From Candidatus Pacearchaeota archaeon (GTDB lineage Archaea; Nanobdellota; Nanobdellia; Pacearchaeales; GW2011-AR1), in NCBI GenBank assembly GCA_018303855.1, contig JAGVXI010000014.1:1-8853 (forward strand): DNA of 8,853 nt, in the 5' to 3' direction. The first letter of the stretch is position 1. Each line of letters opens with the position of its first letter. Shown piece after piece: positions 1-5,782 of this stretch. The notes beneath the pieces were generated by a model that was not told where the DNA came from, searched no databases, and saw only the letters and a program-made list of their open reading frames with translations. A program made the translations under genes and the position numbers.

Positions 1-90
1 TTCAAGCAAAGCTCTCGCTCTTTCCTGCCATCCTTCTAATTCTTCTGGCTTTGGCGGAACCAAAGGCCTGATATCTTGTTCGTGTTTCAT
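1..90 (-). CDS. Hypothetical protein, N-terminal 30 codons only (continues off the left edge)
   Basis: A minus-strand ATG at 88-90 is open to the window edge and reads MKHEQDIRPLVPPKPEELEGWQERARALLE. It starts 24 nt downstream of the ATPase stop (TAG, 115-117) on the same strand, so it is probably co-transcribed. No recognisable motif is present in the visible part. Confidence 0.4.
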   Translation of the reverse strand, partial: MKHEQDIRPLVPPKPEELEGWQERARALLE

Positions 91-114
91 TTTATTTTTG
101 TTCTGCTTCCATTA

Positions 115-1596
115 CTATCTATTATCCCCATTATTTCTATGGTTATATTCTGAAGCCAAATGGTTTGCTAATGTAACTGCCCAAGGTTTATCAATATTTC
201 CCAACTGCGTAATTGCATTCCTGACAATTTTTTTAAGTTTTTCTTCTCCTTCCTCGCCTTTCTCATTTATTGTTTTTTCTTTATATTCCCCTGACTTAAT
301 TGCCATCAAAGCTGGAATGTAAACCTCTTTGTGTATTGGACTACCTCTAAAATCATCATATTGCGTTTCTATATCTTTAATTAAATCTTCAATAAATGCA
401 ATTCTGTCATTATGATAGTGCGGATTGTCTGTTAAAGCAGCTTGTGAAGGTTGAACTTTATGCCATAACAAATAAGGCATAACTGTTTTAAGATGAGAAA
501 CATCAACTTCCTTATCGCCATTAAACCATGCAAAAGCTTTTGCATATCTCGGCATGGCTCTCATTGTTCTTATGGTTAACTCATTTAAGGTTTTTGTGTG
601 TGGAGCATTAATAAAGTGCCCTGCAGAGGCATTATCCTGGTTAATTTTCCATGCGTTTCCTTTAGTTGCCCTCTCTATATTCTGGCTCGCAGCTTCTGAA
701 AACCTTAATGTAGAATAAACAAAATCAGAAAAATTTTCAACTTTTGAAGCATTATATTCTACTGCTTCTGGCATTTCATTAATTTCTTTTCTAATTGCAG
801 GTATATCTAATTTCAGCCCATCATTCACATGAGTTAGTCCCTCTAAATTACTGCCGTTAAGTTTTTCATCTCCCCTGTTTCTAATTTTTCTCAAATCCCA
901 TGGAGCAGGGCTTGTTACCATAACAGCAGCATCAAACCTGTCTAAAAATGGAGGAGTAAATTGAAAAGTTCCTTCATCAGCATAATTAGCAGTAACGAAT
1001 AAAGGTCCTGGCCTTGCAGTTAATAAATTCCCTCCATAAACTGCTTTTCCTGTATCAACCAATTTCATTAAAATGCTAAGAGTATCTGGGGGTATCCTAT
1101 TTCCTTCATCAATTATTTTCACTGCAGATTCTAAAAATTTATTAGGTATAACAACCCTCTCTCCAGTATGAACAAGCTTTCCTAAGTCATACGAAGCTAC
1201 CATTTTTTCTTCAGTAAGCTGTGGATGCCCCTGTATTTCAGATGCCAGAATTTCTTCCAGAGATGTACCTATAAAAAGAGGTCCTGCAAGTTCAGAGCTG
1301 GTAGTTTTTCCTATTCCTGGACCGCCTGTAAGCAACATTGTTCCGTGATTAAGCAAAGAAGTCAAAGTTACAAAAAGCAAGGGGGAGGCATATGCATTTG
1401 TTCCTGGTTTTATAAGTGGAACTTTATATCCTGCCCCCATAGCAAGTGAAACCCACTCAGGAGCATCGCTAAAAACGTCAAAGTTAGTATTTACATACAG
1501 CCCCCTATCTCCTGCAATTTCATAAACCTTTCTTACTTTTTCTTGTTCAGATAGTCTTTTAGTTTCTGGCATTTTCATTTGTCTCCTTGCTCTCAT
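115..1596 (-). CDS. MoxR-like AAA+ ATPase with an insertion before the lid domain and a C-terminal extension
   Basis: This is a 493-aa ORF. Walker A GGPGIGKTT lies at nt 1300-1326 and Walker B IIDEGNR at nt 1096-1116. The MoxR-type sensor region reads FVTANYADEGTFQFTPPFLDRFD and the lid-like segment reads RTMRAMPRYAKAFAWFNGDKEVDVSHLKTVMPYLLWHKV. The true start may be the ATG at 1578 (MKMPETK), which is preceded by AAGGAGA; the ORF-track start at 1596 would overlap the upstream RHH gene by 38 nt. Confidence 0.8.
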   Translation of the reverse strand: MRARRQMKMPETKRLSEQEKVRKVYEIAGDRGLYVNTNFDVFSDAPEWVSLAMGAGYKVPLIKPGTNAYASPLLFVTLTSLLNHGTMLLTGGPGIGKTTSSELAGPLFIGTSLEEILASEIQGHPQLTEEKMVASYDLGKLVHTGERVVIPNKFLESAVKIIDEGNRIPPDTLSILMKLVDTGKAVYGGNLLTARPGPLFVTANYADEGTFQFTPPFLDRFDAAVMVTSPAPWDLRKIRNRGDEKLNGSNLEGLTHVNDGLKLDIPAIRKEINEMPEAVEYNASKVENFSDFVYSTLRFSEAASQNIERATKGNAWKINQDNASAGHFINAPHTKTLNELTIRTMRAMPRYAKAFAWFNGDKEVDVSHLKTVMPYLLWHKVQPSQAALTDNPHYHNDRIAFIEDLIKDIETQYDDFRGSPIHKEVYIPALMAIKSGEYKEKTINEKGEEGEEKLKKIVRNAITQLGNIDKPWAVTLANHLASEYNHRNNGDNR

Positions 1597-1720
1597 TTAT
1601 TAATTTATTTAAGCCAAATTCAACAGCATGAGACTTATTCCTGAAAATTCCCCTTTTAATTATTTGCTCCACTATTTTAATGGTTTTCTCGTCGATTGTT
1701 ACTGAAAGTTTTTGTTTCAT
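1559..1720 (-). CDS. Small ribbon-helix-helix (CopG/Arc-like) DNA-binding protein, 53 aa
   Basis: This ORF is not in the ORF track; I translated it by hand from the ATG at 1720 to the TAA at 1559-1561. It reads MKQKLSVTIDEKTIKIVEQIIKRGIFRNKSHAVEFGLNKLINESKETNENARN. The beta-strand (KLSVTID), helix, and helix with NKSHAVE pattern is typical of RHH regulators. Its 3' end overlaps the ATPase start. Confidence 0.6.
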   Translation of the reverse strand: MKQKLSVTIDEKTIKIVEQIIKRGIFRNKSHAVEFGLNKLINESKETNENARN

Positions 1721-1729
1721 TTTATTTAT

Positions 1730-1745
1730 ACTACTTTAAAGTAGT
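1730..1745. promoter_or_regulatory. Perfect 16-bp palindrome ACTACTTTAAAGTAGT, a candidate operator
   Basis: The palindrome was read directly. It lies between the TATA-like box (1771-1787) and the RHH start codon (1720), a position expected for autoregulation by the RHH protein. Confidence 0.45.
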
Positions 1746-1770
1746 TTATGTTAGAATATAGTATAATCTG

Positions 1771-1787
1771 CCTTTTATAAATGTTTC
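1771..1787 (-). promoter_or_regulatory. BRE/TATA-like promoter element for the RHH-ATPase operon
   Basis: The minus strand reads GAAACATTTATAAAAGG, the same core as the boxes upstream of the 2227, 5783 and 6901 genes. It lies about 57 nt upstream of the RHH ATG, which implies a short leader containing the palindrome. Confidence 0.45.
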
Positions 1788-1915
1788 TATCTTGTTACTT
1801 TTATAAAGAAGTAACAATTAATTAAAAATATTACGATTTTTTTGCATTTGAATTACTTGGATATCTCCCTAATACCTATAATACTTGCAATAATTGCTTA
1901 GGAATGATCTGGAAT

Positions 1916-2060
1916 AGATTTAGTGACAAGTAACTTATAAATATCCTAATTTCCATAAATGCTAATGATAAAAAATTTAAAATTACTTATAGCAACTTTA
2001 ACAATAATTATTTTATTTGTAAATCTCGTTTCATCTTATGTTTATCTAAATATTTATATG
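1916..2060 (+). repeat. Left copy of a duplicated segment (promoter plus 5' coding end of the 3275 gene)
   Basis: By hand alignment, 1932-2060 versus 3248-3376 has 102/129 matches (about 79%), with 56/60 in the first 60 nt. Weaker similarity with an indel extends back to about 1916 / about 3236 (gatttag.../gatttaa...). Confidence 0.85.
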
Positions 2061-2072
2061 ATAAAGACATAA
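1959..2072 (+). pseudogene. Truncated paralogous fragment of the membrane wHTH regulator gene (37 codons then stop)
   Basis: It translates as MLMIKNLKLLIATLTIIILFVNLVSSYVYLNIYMIKT*, compared with MLMKRNLKLLIAVLITFLLFVNLASAYTYLNIYVDETG... for the 3275 ORF. It is preceded by the same TATA box, AACTTATAAATATC. Confidence 0.7.
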
Positions 2073-2191
2073 CATTATAGCTAAAAAGTCCTTTATTTAC
2101 TAAATCGCTAAAAGAAAAGTTTGAGGAAATGTTGGAGAAAGAAAAATTATAAGCATTTTTTGTTTTATTTTTTAGTTATACCTACAAAAAC

Positions 2192-2207
2192 AGAACATTT
2201 ATAAATA
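2192..2207 (+). promoter_or_regulatory. BRE/TATA-like promoter of the Fic gene (leaderless spacing)
   Basis: The sequence is AGAACATTTATAAATA. The TATA centre is about 24 nt upstream of the ATG at 2227. Confidence 0.55.
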
Positions 2208-2226
2208 TGTAGGGATAACTAATATT

Positions 2227-3165
2227 ATGTACTTTAAAAATAAGAAGATAAAGGGCAAAAGATACAAATACGCTGTAAAATCAATTAGATTACCAGATGG
2301 GAAAGTAACAAGTCTTGAAGTTATATACAAAAATCAGGGCAATAAAGAATTAAAGAAGATTTTTGAGGAAAAAGAGAAAAATGAGAATTTAAAATATGTT
2401 CTTAAAATATTTAAACCAGACCATATATTTAACAAAAAAGAACTTGAAAAAATTGAATCAATAAAGGTAGACTACAAAAGAGTGATTAAAAAACTAAGTA
2501 AAACAAGCCTTAAAGATTTATTTGACAGATTTACTGCTAATTTTACCTATGAAAGCAATGCGTTAGAAGGCAATTCAATGACTTTAAAAGATGTCGTTAT
2601 AGTAATGTTTGAAAATATCTCAATAAAAGGAAAAGACTTAAGAGAGATATATGACACAAAAAACTCCAGAAAAGTTGTTGGTTTAATAATTAAAAATCAA
2701 TTTTCAATTTCATCTGAAGATATTGTTAAAATGCACAAAATGCTTGTAAAGGACACAGAAGTGAATGAAGGTTATAAAGTAGTTCCTAACATAATTGTAG
2801 GCAGAAACATTGAAACCACTCCCCCTGAAAAAGTACAGGAAGAAATTAATAAACTAATAAAATGGTACAATGAAAGCAAAGGCAAAATACATCCTTTAAA
2901 GTTAGCTACTCTTTTTCACGGTAAATTTGAGAGAATACATCCCTTTGAAGATGGAAATGGAAGAGTTGGAAGGTTTTTAATTAATGTTATATTAATAAAC
3001 AACAAATACCCCCCTCTTATAATAAGAAAAAGCCAGAGGATTGCTTATTTAAGTGCATTAAAAAACTTTGACAACAGACATTATGATACTCTTGAAAGAT
3101 TTATTTTAGAGAAATTTAAAGAAACTTTTAGGAAATTCTTTGAAATTTATGTTAAGTATGTTTGA
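2227..3165 (+). CDS. fic: Fic/DOC family protein (predicted AMPylase) with an intramolecular inhibitory helix (class II type)
   Basis: The canonical Fic motif HPFEDGNGRVGR lies at nt 2938-2973 (H238). The inhibitory motif [ST]xxxE[GN], here SNALEG, lies at nt 2554-2571 (S110), about 128 residues upstream. Confidence 0.92.
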   Translation: MYFKNKKIKGKRYKYAVKSIRLPDGKVTSLEVIYKNQGNKELKKIFEEKEKNENLKYVLKIFKPDHIFNKKELEKIESIKVDYKRVIKKLSKTSLKDLFDRFTANFTYESNALEGNSMTLKDVVIVMFENISIKGKDLREIYDTKNSRKVVGLIIKNQFSISSEDIVKMHKMLVKDTEVNEGYKVVPNIIVGRNIETTPPEKVQEEINKLIKWYNESKGKIHPLKLATLFHGKFERIHPFEDGNGRVGRFLINVILINNKYPPLIIRKSQRIAYLSALKNFDNRHYDTLERFILEKFKETFRKFFEIYVKYV

Positions 3166-3202
3166 GGATTGAAACTTTTATTCCATCTTCTGTTGGAGGA
3201 GG

Positions 3203-3220
3203 TTTTATTTTTTATATTTT
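3203..3220 (+). terminator. Oligo-T tract after fic (archaeal-type terminator)
   Basis: The tract TTTTATTTTTTATATTTT lies 38 nt after the stop codon. Confidence 0.45.
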
Positions 3221-3235
3221 ATCAACTGGTGCTTT

Positions 3236-3376
3236 GGATTTAAGAGGAACTTATAAATATCTCAATTTCCATAAATGCTAATGAAAAGAAATTTAAAATT
3301 ACTTATAGCTGTCTTAATTACATTTCTTCTATTTGTAAACCTTGCTTCTGCATACACATACCTAAATATTTATGTT
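3236..3376 (+). repeat. Right copy of the duplicated segment (the functional promoter and 5' end of the 3275 gene)
   Basis: See the left copy at 1916-2060. The TATA-like box AACTTATAAATATC lies at 3248-3261. Confidence 0.85.
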
Positions 3377-4033
3377 GATGAAACCGGAAATGCCTTGTTT
3401 CTTGGTGAGACAAATGAGCAAACAGAGAGTTTAAACTTTCCAGAAGGAATTGAAGTTAAAAATGGTGATGTGATTGGGGGTACACAAGAGCTAACAAGCA
3501 AGCAAGGCGAAGTTTGGAGTTTTTCTTATTTTCTTGAAGGAGCTGAAATAAATGTTGTTCTTCCAAAAGGAGCGATTATAGAAAAAATTGAAGGAAACGA
3601 AAGTAGCATAGCAATTGACAATGGTAGGATATCTGTTTATGTAGGTGATAAAGCTAACATAAGTTATAAAGTTAAAGTTTTAAGAGATTATACAGCTATT
3701 GTTATTCTTGCAGTTTTAATTATATTAGCTGTTTTGGGTTATTTGTTTTTTTCAAGAATGAAAAAACAAAAAGGAGAAAAAAGGAAAAAACCAATAAATG
3801 CTAGGAAAAACAAAGAAAAAAGAATAGAAATATTAAAGCAGGTTTTAAATGAAAGAGAAAAATTAATAATTGAAAAGCTTAAAGAGCATAAAGAGATTAA
3901 AAGCTCAATTTTAAGAAAACTTTGTGATGATATGCCAAAAGCTTCTTTCTCCAGGCATATAAGGGAATTGGAAAAAAAAGGATTGATAAATAGAAAAGGT
4001 GAGGGAAGGAATAAGATTGTGAGTTTGAGATAA
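3275..4033 (+). CDS. Bitopic membrane protein: N-terminal signal/anchor, extracytoplasmic domain, TM helix, cytoplasmic winged-helix DNA-binding domain
   Basis: There is a hydrophobic N-terminus (LKLLIAVLITFLLFVNLASA) and a second TM helix, YTAIVILAVLIILAVLGYLFF (nt 3689-3751). This is followed by a Lys-rich stop-transfer segment and a C-terminal wHTH-like segment, SSILRKLCDDMPKASFSRHIRELEKKGLINRKGEGRNKIVSL (about nt 3827-4030). Given the TATA spacing, the start may be the second ATG at 3281. Confidence 0.7.
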   Translation: MLMKRNLKLLIAVLITFLLFVNLASAYTYLNIYVDETGNALFLGETNEQTESLNFPEGIEVKNGDVIGGTQELTSKQGEVWSFSYFLEGAEINVVLPKGAIIEKIEGNESSIAIDNGRISVYVGDKANISYKVKVLRDYTAIVILAVLIILAVLGYLFFSRMKKQKGEKRKKPINARKNKEKRIEILKQVLNEREKLIIEKLKEHKEIKSSILRKLCDDMPKASFSRHIRELEKKGLINRKGEGRNKIVSLR

Positions 4034-4093
4034 ATAACTAACAGTTACTACAGTTTTATTAATAGCTAATTTTAAGGATGCAGGAACTAAAAA

Positions 4094-4327
4094 CTAAACC
4101 TTCATCCTCAATTTTTCATATTCTTCTTTGCTTAATTTTATTTGTCTAAGAATTGCACTTAACAAACCAATTCCAAGAGTTTCATTAGCATGAATTGGAA
4201 CAACAGTTCTCCTTCCATCTGGATGTTTAAACCTCAAATGGCTTCCTTTGCCATGTATCTTTTCAAAGCCTAATTTTTCTAATATTTTGCACAACTTTTT
4301 ACCGGAAATAGGAACAAGCTTTCCCAT
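4094..4327 (-). CDS. hicA: HicA-family toxin (mRNA interferase, YcfA-like)
   Basis: The 77-aa product carries the typical HicA signature, including GKKLCKILEKLGFEKIHGKGSHLRFKHPDGRRTVVPIH. It starts 2 nt after the hicB stop. Confidence 0.9.
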   Translation of the reverse strand: MGKLVPISGKKLCKILEKLGFEKIHGKGSHLRFKHPDGRRTVVPIHANETLGIGLLSAILRQIKLSKEEYEKLRMKV

Positions 4328-4329
4328 TT

Positions 4330-4551
4330 TTATCCTATGATTTCCACTTTTTGAATTCCTACAAATTTCATGGGTCTTATGTCCTCACCATCTGCTTCCA
4401 AACAAACTTCTATTGCTTCTTTAATTCTCTCTAATACTTCTTGGATAGTTTTGCCTTGTGTATAGCATCCTTGAATCTCTGGAACGCTAGCTACAAAAAA
4501 ACCATCTTCATCTTTTTCTATAACAACATTAAATTCTGTCATAAATATCAA
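4330..4551 (-). CDS. hicB: HicB-family antitoxin (UPF0150 fold), short form without an appended DNA-binding domain
   Basis: The product contains FNVVIEKDEDGFFVASVPEIQGCYTQGKTIQEVLERIKEAIEVCLE. The ORF-track start at 4551 is a TTG. The ATG at 4542 (MTEFNV, 70 aa) lies 26 nt from the TATA-like box at 4564-4572 and is the more likely start. Confidence 0.85.
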   Translation of the reverse strand: MIFMTEFNVVIEKDEDGFFVASVPEIQGCYTQGKTIQEVLERIKEAIEVCLEADGEDIRPMKFVGIQKVEIIG

Positions 4552-4563
4552 TGCCCCTGTATA

Positions 4564-4572
4564 CTTATAAAA
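4564..4572 (-). promoter_or_regulatory. TATA-like box for hicBA (leaderless spacing)
   Basis: The minus strand reads TTTTATAAG, centred about 26 nt upstream of the ATG at 4542. Confidence 0.45.
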
Positions 4573-4609
4573 CTTGCTGTTTTAATTTTTTTAAATTCAA
4601 ATTTAGTGT

Positions 4610-4654
4610 ATTTTTGTTCTAACATTGTTCCAAAAATGGTTCCATTTTTGTTCC
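4610..4654. promoter_or_regulatory. Phased GTTC(C/T) repeats and an overlapping imperfect palindrome in the divergent intergenic region
   Basis: GTTCT/GTTCC occur at 4616, 4627, 4639 and 4650, giving spacings of 11, 12 and 11 nt. ATTTTTGTTC is repeated at 4610 and 4644. CCAAAAATGG-tt-CCATTTTTG forms an inverted repeat at 4630-4650. Confidence 0.45.
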
Positions 4655-4732
4655 AGACAGAATAGATAAACCTATTTTTCTTGTGAAAACCATGAAATAT
4701 ACAGATGTAAGGAGGTTAAAAAAACAAGTAAA

Positions 4733-5623
4733 ATGAAAACAGGAATTTTGATTATAGCGTTGTTAGTTGTAAGCGTGTTTGCTATTGCATTTACAATGGC
4801 TGTTCCAGATAAAGCTTTAGAAAATGGATTTAAAGCAAAAGCAACTGGAAAAATCACAGACAAGGCAAGAGAAAGAATGGAGATAGCTAAGCAAAAGTCT
4901 AATGAAAAAGCTATAGGTGTTTCAGAAATTTTATCAGCTGACTTGGAAAATGGAAATGTAACAGATGCACTAAACGAAACTGGCTTAGGACTTAAAAATA
5001 AGTATGGTAAACTTGGTTTTGCAACTGTGTTGAAAGGCACTGGATGGATAACTTCTAAAAATGGAAATGAAAGTAACAATGAAGGTTATTTAATTGCAGG
5101 ACTATGGGTAAGCCAAAGATTTGCAAAAATCAACAATGAAACAGGAAATGTAACAGATACAGGGATTGTAAGGCAAGTTGGAAGGCTTAATATTGCAGGA
5201 ATAGGACTTTACAAGCTTGTTAAAATTGGAAGTTCTAACAACAGCGCAACAAATGAAACAGAAACTGCTAATAGTATAAGCTTCTATGTAATTCCAGTAA
5301 AGGCAAAAATTTTAGATTTAGATGAAACTGAAAGCAAATCAGTTGGAACATTAAGTCTTGAAAAGAAAGCAGAAACAAGTTCAGGCCTAATAATATGGGA
5401 AGGAACTTTAATTATAGATGACGAGAACATTGACGGAAGTTTTGATGTTGACTTGGCAACTATTAAGAGCACAGTAAACCCAGGAAAAGCAAACCAAATA
5501 AGCAACTTAAAAAACTCTGGAAAAATACCTTTCTGGAAAAAGTTTTTCTCTTGGCAAAACAATAAAGATAACAAGGGTAATAACGAAAACAACTCAGAAA
5601 ACAACGAAACTGATGAAGATTAA
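4733..5623 (+). CDS. Secreted or membrane-anchored Asn-rich protein, a candidate surface glycoprotein
   Basis: The N-terminal hydrophobic segment reads KTGILIIALLVVSVFAIAFTMA. There are 9 N-x-S/T sequons by hand count, and an acidic Asn-rich tail, NNKDNKGNNENNSENNETDED. GGAGGT lies at 4711-4716 upstream. I recognise no family. Confidence 0.7.
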   Translation: MKTGILIIALLVVSVFAIAFTMAVPDKALENGFKAKATGKITDKARERMEIAKQKSNEKAIGVSEILSADLENGNVTDALNETGLGLKNKYGKLGFATVLKGTGWITSKNGNESNNEGYLIAGLWVSQRFAKINNETGNVTDTGIVRQVGRLNIAGIGLYKLVKIGSSNNSATNETETANSISFYVIPVKAKILDLDETESKSVGTLSLEKKAETSSGLIIWEGTLIIDDENIDGSFDVDLATIKSTVNPGKANQISNLKNSGKIPFWKKFFSWQNNKDNKGNNENNSENNETDED

Positions 5624-5630
5624 ATTAACT

Positions 5631-5657
5631 TATTTTTTATTTTTTTATTTATTTTTT
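5631..5657 (+). terminator. Extended oligo-T terminator region
   Basis: The tract TATTTTTTATTTTTTTATTTATTTTTT lies directly after the stop at 5621-5623. Confidence 0.5.
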
Positions 5658-5683
5658 AGTACAATGTGACTGAAGGGAAAAAA
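5648..5683 (+). repeat. 36-nt direct repeat, copy 1 (TTTATTTTTTAGTACAATGTGACTGAAGGGAAAAAA)
   Basis: It is 35/36 identical to 6671-6706, with a single A/G difference at 5661/6684. Confidence 0.9.
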
Positions 5684-5744
5684 TCCAAAGTCGTCGGAAC
5701 TATAGTTAAAAATGGGGGCACGTTTAGTCTGCTTTTAAGTAACC

Positions 5745-5758
5745 GAAACATTTAAATA
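5745..5758 (+). promoter_or_regulatory. BRE/TATA-like promoter of the MNT-HEPN pair
   Basis: The sequence is GAAACATTTAAATA. The TATA centre is about 28 nt upstream of the ATG at 5783. Confidence 0.5.
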
Positions 5759-5782
5759 ACAATTGTAACTAAATTATTACAT

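Noticed and set aside
98-322. 74-aa plus-strand ORF from the track
   Set aside because: It lies entirely antisense to the well-supported ATPase gene. It is low-complexity (Phe/Ser/Leu-rich), as expected from reading an AT-rich gene backwards, and has no promoter.
1225-1449. 74-aa plus-strand ORF from the track
   Set aside because: It is antisense to the Walker A region of the ATPase gene, is Cys/Lys-rich nonsense, and has no TATA box at the appropriate distance.
2073-2152. Possible C-terminal gene remnant (...KSLKEKFEEMLEKEKL*) between the truncated fragment and the fic promoter
   Set aside because: It has no start codon, has a stop three codons into the frame, and shows no similarity to the 3275 protein C-terminus. 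It cannot be supported from sequence alone.
4441-4665. 74-aa plus-strand ORF from the track
   Set aside because: It overlaps hicB in antisense and then runs through the intergenic operator region. It is a hydrophobic, low-complexity artefact.
4672-5079. 135-aa minus-strand ORF from the track
   Set aside because: It is antisense to the 4733..5623 gene, which has the signal peptide, SD-like element and coherent composition. The antisense product is a Phe/Leu/Ser-rich mirror artefact.
5284-5604. 106-aa minus-strand ORF from the track
   Set aside because: The same reasoning applies: it is antisense within the 4733..5623 gene, with no independent support.
5664-5677. C/D-box sRNA reading of AATGTGA-CTGA inside the repeat
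   Set aside because: The C-like box is imperfect (UGUGA rather than UGAUGA) and directly abuts the CUGA. That leaves no guide region or terminal stem, so the geometry is incompatible with a C/D sRNA.
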